A stretch of 64,000 nt of DNA, from positions 189,782,001-189,846,000 of the forward strand of contig OX597815.1 of assembly GCA_951406725.2 (NCBI GenBank), written 5' to 3'. Within the stretch, counting starts at the first letter, position 1; every line of letters begins with the position of its first letter. The notes below the pieces were generated by a model that was not told the DNA's origin, ran no database searches, and was given only the letters and a program-made list of their open reading frames with translations. The translations under genes were made by a program, and so were the position numbers. Shown one piece after another: positions 52,384-64,000 of this stretch. The DNA is from Octopus vulgaris. Its lineage: Eukaryota.

Positions 52384-53212
52384 TTATGATTCTATATTTA
52401 TAGAAATGGACATATATATATATCTATATAAATATGAAATAATTGCAAAAAATTCTATATATCAAGAGAAATTACTTGGTTCATCTTGATTACCTCCCTT
52501 CCATTACTTTTTAATATATCTTATAGACTCCTGATATATTTGCTAAATTATTAAAGTTTTTTCCACAGTTAGTAAATACTATGTCTAACATTTTCTTTTA
52601 ATTCAACTCATTAATAAGATAAATTACCATTTACTAGCTAATTATGATTATATATTAATAGAAATGGATATATATATATATTTATATAAATATGAATTGA
52701 TTTCTATATTTTCTATAATATACTAATTTTTATTGAAATCCTTTAGAAGATTATCTAAAGGATATTTACTTAAATTTCTTAAGAGAGAATCTGGATGTCA
52801 AATAGTAAGATTTAGATTAAAACCTCTAGAGCACTAGTAGTCTATGTTCCCCCTACCCCTCTAACTTTAACCTACTAGCTTTTTGCTATAATACATTTAA
52901 ATATATCTAAACTGAATTCCTCAAAATGGGAATGGGTTTATGGTTTTGACATTTGTACTACCCCTTCCTGTATCTATAAATAGAAAAACTTCTTTGTCTC
53001 CATCCAACCAAAAATAAAATCCCTCCCCACTGACAGATCTAAATAACAAGGTGAACTCAATAATAAAATCTACAGTCAGAGAGTGAATATGCTACTATCA
53101 TGTTCTTAAGAATGAAATCAACCTCTCTGTTTATATATCTACCCTCTTTATAATGTTGGCAAATGAAATATGGATAAGAATGAGCATTGTCCGTTTGATT
53201 AGGAAATTCTAT

Positions 53213-53300
53213 AATGGCTGAAGATTGCTCGACATTTTAAAACTGATGTAATACTTACAGTGTTTAATAAAATGAAGTAACATGAAACAATTGTACTACT
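53213..53300 (+). ncRNA. Hammerhead ribozyme motif, paralogue of 15956-16045
   Basis: ugg-CUGAAGA(53218-24)...GAAA(53284-87)-CAAUUG-UA-cua. Confidence 0.7.
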
Positions 53301-53428
53301 CTACCTTGGATATACTTGTTGCTTATTTTGATTATAATCACCCCATTTGATTTATATGGATAATACCATACAAAATTCTGGTGCCTTTGACTTAAGTACC
53401 ATATTCATCTGAATCTAATTTTGCAGAA

Positions 53429-53489
<61 letters not shown>

Positions 53490-53490
<1 letters not shown>

Positions 53491-53720
53491 CATGTGTGTG
53501 TATATGTTTGTGTGTCTGTGTTTGTCCCTCCAACACCGCTTGACAACCGATGCTGGTGTGTTTACGTCCCTGTAAGCTAGCAGTTTGGCAAAAGAGACTG
53601 ATAGAATAAGTACTAGGCTTCCAAAGAATAAGTCCTGGGGTCGATTTGCTTGACTAAAGGCAGTGCTCCAGCATGGCCACAGTCAAATGACTGAAACAAG
53701 TAAAAGAGTAAAAAGAGAGA
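53490..53720 (+). mobile_element. SINE family B, 3' half
   Basis: Diagnostic tail. Confidence 0.85.
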
Positions 53721-54219
53721 ATATATATATATATATATATTATATTCACTGTACCATGCTACAAGTAAAATGAAGGGAAAACATTTGATCAGTTTATCCT
53801 GTAACTTTATTATCTCGTTTTACGTTGTATAATGTAGAGTGTTGGCACTTCTCCTTGTCATAAAGTGCATGGTTAAACTAGAAGTAAGTGTTGTACTTGT
53901 ATGCTATATTCGGTATGGTTTTATGCTATATTTTGCCAGTCATCCCTTCCAGTGTGTCCTATACACTTTGTAAAGTATTTTATGAACAAACAAGGACATT
54001 ATAACGTTGAGAGAATCCTTAGTCTGGTGTCCTTAGGGGCATACCAACCTCTCTAGTACTGGTACCATAATTTTATATTGTGAGTAAAATGTGAAAACTA
54101 AGCATCCAATTTTGTTTTGATGCTCAGCTGTTTTGACCAATATGTGAAATTTAATTGTAAATTTCATACATCATTAGTTTCATGTATATCATGTTTGTGA
54201 CATGTGTATTATTAATTTG

Positions 54220-54610
54220 TCAAGAAAGTTCTTGCAGTTTTTAACCTTTAAATACAGCTCAAACAAACTTTATTAATCGAAATAAACATCATCAAAATCA
54301 ACACACTTTTGCCAACGCGAAACAAGTTTATTTATGCTAAGTTTATTTTGCTGCTGCCATTAAATTCAATCCTTTTTTTCCCACAGGTAACGTAAAATGG
54401 CTCTCATCGCTATTTTTTTTATTTTACCACTCACTATCAAAGCTATAAGATAAAGAACAAACAATGAACATCAATATGTTATTAAAGAAAATAAAGAATA
54501 AGAAACCCAGCAATGAGTGGACAAGTTGTATTAGGTTATTCATAACATGGTGGTAGAAGTTGCCAAAAATCATCAGTGAAAATCCGAAATGACCTTCGAC
54601 TCAACCTGGT

Positions 54611-54611
<1 letters not shown>
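54220..54611 (-). mobile_element. Mariner remnant
   Basis: INKLVSRWQKCVDFDDVYFD* on minus (54273-54337); TIR-like gaaatgaccttcgactcaacctggta. Confidence 0.65.
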
Positions 54612-54751
<140 letters not shown>

Positions 54752-54800
54752 TATATATACATATATGCACATATATACATACATATATATGCATATATAT

Positions 54801-54842
<42 letters not shown>

Positions 54843-54844
54843 GA

Positions 54845-55191
54845 GGCAGGGAGCAGGCAGAAACGTTAGCGCGCCGGACGAAATGCTTAGCGGTATTTCG
54901 GGGTCGATTAAATAAGTACTAGTTACACACTGGGGTCGATATAATCGACTTAATACGTTTGTCTGTCCTTGTTTGTCCCCTCTGTTTAGCCCCTTGTGGG
55001 TAGTAAAGAAATAGGTATTTCGTCTGTCATTACGTTCTGAGTTCAAATTCCGTCGAGGTCGACTTTGCCTTTCATCCTCTCGGGGTCGATAAATAAAGTA
55101 CCAGTTTCGCACTGGGTCGATGTAATCGACTTAATCCCTTTGTCTGTCCTTGTTTGTTCCTTCTATGTTTAGCCTCTTGTGGGTAGTAAAG

Positions 55192-55195
<4 letters not shown>
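54845..55195 (+). mobile_element. SINE family D dimer (first unit internally deleted)
   Basis: Junction aaagaaataggtatttcgtctg. Confidence 0.85.
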
Positions 55196-55237
<42 letters not shown>

Positions 55238-55328
55238 ATGTGTGTGTAAATTCTAACTTGTCTTACCTCCTCCATCTCTCTCTCTCACTCACTGTGTATA
55301 CACGTGTCTGTATGCGCGTGAGTATAAA

Positions 55329-55373
<45 letters not shown>

Positions 55374-55594
55374 CATATATATATAGAGAGAGAGAGGTGG
55401 AGGAAGGACAGAGAGGACTTAACATAGGTCTGTAAAAGTTTAAAGAACAAACATTCAAAATTTAAATAACTGGCTCTCAAATATTAGAATCTTTCTACTG
55501 AATTAACAATATCATCACTGTGACGAAAATAGATATAATGGCAGAATATACATGTGTTCCAGACCTATCATTTAACTGATGCAGTTTATCTTAG

Positions 55595-55636
55595 CCAAAA
55601 TCAGTAAGAACTTGGAAGAACTAGAAGAATTAGAAG
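55595..55636 (+). other. Candidate 42-nt exon (xKISKNLEELEELE, phase 1-1)
   Basis: taactgatgcagtttatcttag|...gaattagaag|gtaagt; purine-rich. Confidence 0.3.
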
Positions 55637-56032
55637 GTAAGTTGCATATTATGATCAAATTTAACGAAAATCTAATACCAGGTGATTTTAAAGAGTTAAT
55701 GAGGTGATGTTCAATTTTTCTACATGCTACCATTAGCCGGGAAATTGATTATATTCCAAATGCATAAGAAATTGAAGAAATTGAACAAATGTGCCATGTT
55801 ATGATGGTAATTTAACGAACATCAAATATCTATACGGATTTTGGATACTATGAACTATACTCTCAATGACAGCTCCCCACAACAATTTAATATTTCATCA
55901 TGAAACCTTTGAAACAATTTGATATTGTATTCATTTAACATCTGCCCTTTGCACGAAACCCTTTGTAATTCTTTAGATTCGACCAAATGTTTATGGTTTT
56001 CAGATAAAACGAACTGTTATAGCTGAAATGTA

Positions 56033-57560
56033 CGAGATGCATTCAGAAAGTAGTGTCTGACTTTACTTTTTCCTGCCAAAATTAATGCCACATTGGCAAA
56101 ATCCTTTTATATGAGAGGTGACGCCACCCTTCTGCGGCGAGCTGGCAGAATCGTTAGCACGCTGGGCAAAACGCTTAGCGGTATTTCGCCTGCTGCTACG
56201 TTCTGAGTTCAAATTCCACCGAGGTCGACTTTGCCTTTCATCCTTTCGGGGTCGATAAATTAAGTACCTGTTACGCACTGGGGTCGATATAATCGACTTA
56301 ATCCGTTTGTCTGTCCTTGTTTGTTCCTTCTGTGTTTAGCCCCTTGTGGGTAGTAAAGAAATAGGTATTTCGCCTGCCGTTACGTTCTGAGTTCAAATTC
56401 CGCCGAGGTCGACTTTGCCTTTCATCCTTTCGGGGTCGATAAACTAAGTACCAGTTACGCACTGGGGTCGATGTAATCGACTTAATCCGTTTGTCTGTCC
56501 TTGTTTGTCCCCTCTATGTTTAACCCTTTGTGGGCAATAACATAACATTTGCAGGCAGTAACATAACATCGATGAATCCTTGACGAAGGAGTAGTACAGG
56601 TTTTTTTAACAAGCACAGAAGACAATACATTGTTTCCAGAGATAACACCACTGACAAGAGTAATGTGCACGGGTGGATTAGGAAATTTCAAGGCTCAGTG
56701 AATAGAAACCATGAATTCAAAGACCATCAACTACGACGACTAACTCGAATCGCCAGCGAGTGGCTGAAATGACTCATGTGCACAGACGAGTCTGGGGTTT
56801 GCAGAACAACTAGACTGTAATCATAAGCTTTACAGAAACGATTAGGGGACTGGCTATGGGAAAGTGTGTATAATGTGGGTACCTCGACAAATGCTGCTCG
56901 ATTTGTGGACAGAAGCCTGATCTGTTGGAAATGGTTGAATCAACAATGAAGATACGTTTTTGTTTCGATTTTGTGACAGGGGGGTGAAACGTGATCCGTA
57001 TCTTAATCATCTGGAAAGGAAGGCTCAGCCCGTGGAATGGTGTCAGATCTCTCCAAAACCTAAGCATTTCAAGACTCATCAATCAATACAGAAAGTCATG
57101 ATGACTGTCTGGTGGGGGGGATAACATTTGAGTCATTCAACTTGATTTACAACGTGGCTGTATCGTGAACCCTGGATGGTAGACTAAGACACTCAAAAAA
57201 GCTTAGCGAAGTTATTAGAAGGAAGAAACTGAACAAGACTGACATCGATTCACATTCACTCTGACAATGTGTGACCACAGGCACACCTTTGGCAATAAAT
57301 CAAGCAATCAGCAAATTGGCTGTCGGTGGTAACCCATTTATCGTACAGTCCGGATCTGACGCCTTTCGACTCCAATCTGTTTAATTCAATGAAGAATAGT
57401 CTTCGAGAACAATGATTTGAAGACATAGACGTGATGAAAGAGGTTGTGAAGCAGTGAGTACGACCGTGCACACCTCAAGTTCTTCAAAGAGGACCTGAGA
57501 ACTGGCTTTAACATTGACGCAAATGCATCACTTGTGATGCAAAGTGCATCGAGTAGATTT
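56033..57560 (+). mobile_element. Decayed mariner transposon with SINE D dimer (56135-56540) nested
   Basis: Fragments FVTGG(E), SPKPKHFK, KVMMTVWW, HSDNV, HLSYSPDLTPFDSNLFN; start ta-cgagatgcattcagaaagta. Confidence 0.75.
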
Positions 57561-58919
57561 AATTTTATTACTCTATCGTCGTGCACAATTACAATTACGT
57601 ATGTTAGTCGATAAAATTGTTGCGCCATCTTTTGCATTACTTTTAGTATAACTCTCGTTGTATTTTCGTCTCATTATTCATGACATTGAGACATTGCTAA
57701 TTCAGTAGTAACCCGCTGATGTCTAAGAACAAGCTTGTGTGTGTGCGTGTATGTGTATGAGGTTGGGTTAATATTTATAATTACTAAGGGCAGTGTTTCG
57801 TTTCCTGGCTAGAACGGACTATAAGCCATATCTAAAGATTTTTAGCCGAAAGTATGTTACGACAAACCTAAACCTACACGATGCTCGCGGGCAGACAAAG
57901 AAAAAAGGAACTGCTGCACATTTGAGATTTGTTAGTAGCTGTTCATCTTCCTTGATTATTACTTTATCCACTAAATAGCAGTAGATTTGCAAGCAGTGTA
58001 GCTGTGGACAGTTAAACAAGTAGCACAGCTGCTAACGAAATGACAGAGTTGATACGTGCAGCATACACCACTGTTCCTTCCTTTTTCTGTCGACGAACTT
58101 ACTGTGTGTATTAATGTAATGTTGACAGTCATCATAACAGATAGCGTTGGCAAAAAAATTTATAGATATCCTCAAAAATATAAGGAAGAAAAGAAGCAAA
58201 CAGTTAACACATTAGTAATTTAATATTCAAGATACCACAAAGTGTTAAATATACAAAATGATTTATCCACTTTACTGAAACCATTAATATCAGTGAGTTT
58301 ATAAGCAGTGCGTTGGTAAATAGTTAATGAATGTGTGTAGCTGCTGACGAAACTCTAAACAGAACTGAAATGTGCTGCACTGGCATTGGATGTCTACAGA
58401 GCTTCAAGGCCTTCCAAAAACGATAAATATTAAGAGTTCTTTTTTAAAGACAAAGAAATTCGCAGAAATTTCATCTGTAAAGTCGTTATGTATTCAACGT
58501 GTAAGCAGGATAAATTTGCTTTGGATAAACTTGTTCTGATAACGATCTTTTGAAAGTAGATCGTTCCTCGAATTTAACAGGTTGTGTGTATATTGCTAAA
58601 TCCAGAAACTGTAGAATATGGTTTGGTAAATTAAACCATTTAATAGAGCAATTTAAAATTTATGGTACTTTAATCATTTAGTCGCCATAGTGTTATGAGA
58701 GAGATATGAGCTTTCTTTTCTTGGGCAGCACTATACACTATTCTTTAATGCAATATAAAACAAAATAAAAAGTGCGAGCGCAATATTATTTGCTCTGTAG
58801 TTTGGAAAAATCTACGCGAAGAAAAATTTGCCAAACATGTTTGCGTAAATTTGATGTGTTAAAGTGAAGGATATTGCAATTTGAATAAATTATTTGTTCG
58901 AAATGCTGCAAAACTTCAT

Positions 58920-60300
58920 CCACACACACTGGTAAAAGCAAAGCATTTTAGGAGAAAAACGTGTTTTATCTGATCTTTAAAGGGCAGTATTTGAGGAAAA
59001 ACAAAAGAATACAACCTATAGAAAATGAATGAAGGTAGGTGATGAGATTGCATTGAATTCTTCTTTATAATAAAAACTTTTGAAATAATTTATAAATATC
59101 AACAAGCGTACGTGAAGGTTTCTTCTAAATGAAAGAAGTCAAAGAAATCTCCTTCAATACTTAAATCAAAAATTGGATGTAAAATGTTCTTGTTATCACA
59201 CCGATGGATAGATTAAGTCATGCTTTTTTCTTCAGAAAAATGGTAATTTACGTTCATGTGGATATAAAAAAAAAAGAAATTGCTATTCTTTGTGAGGTGG
59301 GCCACAACGTATTCCAAACCCCACAAAATACTGAAAATAAGGTAGTTCTAACTTCTCTACTTACTACAAAGGGAATATGTTCACACTGCCAGAATATTGG
59401 TTTTTACAGTAAAGAAAGGATTTGTCGGGCTTAGAACTATTACAAGTATGGATGAAAGTAGAGTGAAATTCTTAGTTCTTCAAGAAAGAAAGAAAAGCCT
59501 ACAGCAACTGCCAAGAAAGTCTAGGACTGCAAGCAGCAAAATTGCTTCCAGAAGGATTATTACAAAAAGTTATAAAGCCGGAAGTGGATGCGTGTGGCTT
59601 AGTGGTTAGGGTGTCAGCATCATGATCGTAAGATTGTGGCTTCGATTCCTGGACCGGGCGATTCGTTGTGTTCTTGAGCAAAACACTTCATTTCACGTTG
59701 CTATAGTTCACTCAGCTGGCAAAAATGAGTAACGCTGCGATGGACTGGCGTCCCGTCCAGCTGGGGGACACATACGCCATAGAAACTGGGAAACCGAGCC
59801 CATGAGCCTGGCTAGGCTTTAAAAGGGCGCATTTATTTTTATTTATTAAGCAGGTAGGGATAACCCAGAATGTTATCTATGCAGACCGGGTGAGATATTC
59901 TACTTTGGCTGCATTTCAAAAACTGTGAATCAGGTGGTGGTGGTGGTGGGGGTGGGGCGGGGGGGAGTTGAAATCAAAGTATGGGATATATTTTCACCTG
60001 CAGGTGTTGGAAAGCATGTAAGATACGAACATTCAATTACGGCTTTTGAATACATAAAGAATTACAAAACCAGTTATTTCCCAGACTGTAGAAGTTATTT
60101 CTTGGAGTAAAAGACAACAAAGAAATCATTTTTCAATAAGACAATGCTTCTGCCAATACAGCGAAGGCAACAAAATAAAAAAATAAAGTGAAGGCTCATG
60201 ATATTCCACAAAGATTTATAGAGGTATTTCTGTATATTGGCTTGTACTTATAGATTTTTAAACAAAATATTACAAAAACTGATTAAAAATTAATTTGGCT
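58920..60300 (+). mobile_element. Decayed Tc1-like transposon with SINE A (59583-59845) nested
   Basis: CISKTVNQ..GGG.IKVWDIFSPAGVG and IFQ*DNASANTAKATK match Tc1 DD34E motifs. Confidence 0.7.
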
Positions 60301-60404
60301 ACTTTTTGTTCCTAGGTCTACACATATGTATGCATGCGCATTCATACCTGTGCGTGTGTGTATATTTTACATACTATATGTGTAGTGCTCTCAAACCCAC
60401 TCAC

Positions 60405-60527
60405 CTGACGACGTGCTATTGGCTGGATCATGTTTATATAATATTTAAAACATATATAATATGGAAAACTCAGCAGTCAACAGCTGACGCTAATGCACGG
60501 AAACAATTGTTGTGTCTTGGATTTATA
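60405..60527 (-). promoter_or_regulatory. Candidate TATA promoter and first exon (MIQPIARRQ|) of a minus-strand gene
   Basis: TATAAAT at 60527-60521; aaacATG at 60431; CAG|gtgagt donor at 60405/60404; CpG-retaining unique DNA. Confidence 0.35.
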
Positions 60528-61104
60528 GCTCAGTCATTCCATCTTCTTGTGTTATAAAATTATCCATCCATTTATCCACCCATACATACATACATACATA
60601 CATACATACATAATTTATAAGGAAATAATTGACAGTGGCATGGAAACTTCGTTCTTGATGGACTTGTCAGACTCTGAGTTCTGTATTCTTAAGTATTGGT
60701 TATATACTTGGCTCCATCATATGTGTGGAGTACAATCAGCGCCATATAAACGTGGTCTGTAACGTATAGTTGTTTTTTGAGTTAAAGAAAAATTGGATCG
60801 AGAAGTATATAGTATTGTTAAGAATTAGTTATACTTTTTTAATCCAATTTTTATTTAATTCAGAGCTGCTTCTCATGGTTTAGAATGTATAAATAATTCT
60901 TAAGAATGCAAGCATACATATATGCACGTATATAACATATAATGTATGTGCGTATACGCGGTGTTAATATGTGTGAATATACGTCTACATGTGTGTGTGT
61001 GTACGTGTGTGCATATATGTGTGTGTGAATCTATGTATGACTACATGTGTTTGTATGTGTAGTATACGTATATGCATATAATGCGTGTATGTTTAATTGA
61101 GAAA

Positions 61105-61546
<442 letters not shown>

Positions 61547-62152
61547 CGGCAATTAGTGTACACTCGTTTCACTTCTTTGAAGTAGTTCCAAGCAGTAAAA
61601 TAAAAGCAAAGCCGTCCACCTGTCTAATATATACCTATTTTCATGTCAATCACTCAGGGAAAAAGAAACAGAAATCACAAAAGTGGGAAGAACTGATTGT
61701 GTAAAGGTGTGACGTATTTTTTTTTACTGAACAACAGAGTTCTTCCTTGTCTTTGAGGCAATAAAATGGTTTGTTTTTAGCGGTTCTCTGATGTTTTTTA
61801 ATGCAATACGATGTCATTTCGTTTACTTTCATTGGCATGTGATTGTTTTTGGAATGTATTTTAGACATAGGTTTTACTGTGACGAATCGAGTTTACTCTC
61901 TTACTGTGGCAGGTATTGGTTTTTTTGAAACGTGTTACAGATGTAGAGTTTATTGAAATGGATACGTCCAATCGGAAATACGCTATCAGCTATAAATGTG
62001 GATTTCGATGTGAATTTAATTGAAAAGGATTATGATGATTCGGAGAGGTGTTGACCTCTTAGTTTGATGTTTTGAAATATTAATTTCATTGAAAGATTAT
62101 TTTAAAATGTAAAATTTATAACTACTGGAGTATCGGAAGCGAAAAATGTAAA

Positions 62153-62253
<101 letters not shown>

Positions 62254-62307
62254 GTATATATTGTGTGTGTGTGTGTGTGTGTGTATGTGTGTGTGTGTGT
62301 ATGTATA

Positions 62308-62383
<76 letters not shown>

Positions 62384-62407
62384 CACACACACACACACAC
62401 AAAATTT

Positions 62408-62716
62408 TACAATGGAAAAGTTCTTAAGCAGATCAGGCCGAAAATGTCACTAGAAGCTAGGATCACCAAGCATAGATTGGCATATTTTGGTCATATTATG
62501 AGGAGAAAATCCCTGGAGAAGGATATCATGCTCGGAATGGTCAGTGGCAAGAGAGGAAGAGGCCGACCAAGAACCCGCTGGCTTAACGCCATCAAGAGTG
62601 ATACCGGAATGGACATAGCCAGTCTGAAAGAAGCAGCCCAGGATAGAACTGACTGGAGGACACTGATCCATGGCATAACCGAGAGTCGACTTCGACTGAG
62701 CGGATAGATAGATAGA
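62408..62716 (+). mobile_element. 5'-truncated RTE (BovB-like) LINE 3' end with ORF still open
   Basis: [50 protein letters not shown]...[22 protein letters not shown]; short (gata) tail. Confidence 0.9.
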
Positions 62717-62749
<33 letters not shown>

Positions 62750-62755
<6 letters not shown>

Positions 62756-63030
62756 TTAATAGTAGAGAATATAAAATTACAAGGCAACAGGGGAAAACAA
62801 ACTCAATTTAGTAATACTAAATCAAGTTTAACGATATATTATATATATAAAGAATTAAGAAATAGAACCTCCATGAAATTAATTCAATTAATAGTGAAAG
62901 ATATTATCAATAATAAAATTTAATTGTAACTATATTATTAATATTGTACTAACAGTTACTATACTAAATAATACTCATTAAATCGACTACGCGCGTTTCG
63001 TAACGATATATTTAAATTGACAATATCAAA
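62750..63030 (-). mobile_element. PLE-type repeat with HHR 3' half (GAAA-CGCGCG-UA, 62988-62999)
   Basis: Minus strand cgaaacgcgcgtagtcg; terminus related to the 10470/19670/22110 family. Confidence 0.6.
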
Positions 63031-63059
63031 ATCAGTAATCTCCAAAATTTATATTAATA

Positions 63060-64000
63060 TAATCTGTTGGTGCCAAATCAGGTAAGTATGGCGGGTGTGG
63101 CAGCACTTTGCAGTATTGCGTTCGAATGGCTTCCTTGGTCATATTGGCAATACGAGGCGCGGGCGTTGTCGTGCAGAAGAAGAACTCCATGCTGACGATT
63201 AGGGCTTTTCTCTTGAATAGTCGTGTTGAGTCATTCCATCTGTTGAGCATAGAGTTCCGAATTGGCCGTTTGGTTCCACTCAAGCAATTCGAAATGGATA
63301 ATCCCTTCCCAGTCCCACCATACGCACAACATCGTTTTACGAGGATGAAGAACTTGTTTCGCTAAGCCATTCCTTATGCTGCTTCATATTGATGTACCGG
63401 TACCATTTTTTTGTCACCAGTAACGATTTAGTAAAGAAATCATTGCTTGTGTCCATGAGTTGAGCGGTGATGAGCAAGCAAACCAGCAGAGATTGTGGCT
63501 CGTTGATTTTTGTTGTCACTTAAAGCATGCGGAACCCATGCTCGATACTGCTGAACATTTCCTATCGAGTGAAGATGCTTCTCTATAGCAGCGTGGTAGC
63601 ATTCCATTTTCCATGCCAGTTCCTTTGTCGTTTGATGAGAAGTTGGTTTAATCGCTCTTCATCGAACTCAACTAGATGGCCAGAACAAGGCGTGTTTTTG
63701 AGGTCAAAATTTCCATTTTTGAACTTGACATACCAATCATGAGCGGTTCTTTTAGTAATGGCACCCTCTCCATACACAGCACAAATGTCACGAGCAGCTT
63801 TTGCGGCCTTAGAGCCTTGATTCAAAGCAAAAAGAAGGAGGTGTCGAAAATGCTTATTTTCCTTAACTTGACATTGCATTTTAATGATCTGAAAATAAAC
63901 AAAAATAAACTAAAATTAACTAGAAAAAATACAAAACACATTCCAAAATTATTCAAAAATAGAATTCACGAAAAAAATAGATTCCAAAATTTAAAAACGC
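63060..64000 (-). mobile_element. Mariner transposase pseudogene (Hsmar1/SETMAR-like)
   Basis: KHFRHLLLFALNQGSKAAKAARDICAVYGEGAIT...KFKNGNFDL; WWDWEGIIHFELL; HDNARP; VLPHPPYLPDLAPTDY; frameshifted. Confidence 0.9.

Larger units (their letters stand above)
51599..53335 (+). mobile_element. PLE 3' region with terminal palindrome (51599-51754), partial tandem repeat (51820-52440 / 52445-52700) and HHR
   Basis: Homologous to 15300-16076; palindrome centre 51676 with one indel. Confidence 0.75.

Noticed and set aside
54370-54392. Recursive-splice-like tttttttcccacag|gtaacg
   Set aside because: Lies inside a mariner remnant; single instance with no support

Overview
AT-rich, repeat-saturated eukaryotic DNA with no intact protein-coding ORF. 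The tRNA-derived SINE families, (TA)n/(CA)n/(GATA)n microsatellites, Tc1/mariner fossils and Penelope fragments suggest a cephalopod, probably Octopus (inference). Almost every ORF in the supplied track is a microsatellite, SINE or transposon-fossil read-through. Recognisable content: at least five SINE families (several with target-site duplications, TSDs); mariner, Tc1, Tigger and hAT fossils; RTE and CR1-like LINE 3' ends; and many Penelope-like element (PLE) fragments. The strongest unexplained signal is about ten minimal type-I hammerhead ribozyme (HHR) motifs in several unrelated short repeat families, mostly in fold-back (inverted) insertions. One HHR has a G3-C8 swap of the canonical C3-G8 core pair (30425-30468). 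Another family joins a tRNA-like Pol III head to an HHR-like tail (17345-18060). Several strong minus-strand splice donors, plus a TATA box and short first-exon candidate near 60.5 kb in CpG-richer DNA, suggest that most of the window is intronic sequence of a minus-strand gene; this is tentative. All alignments and folds were done by eye.
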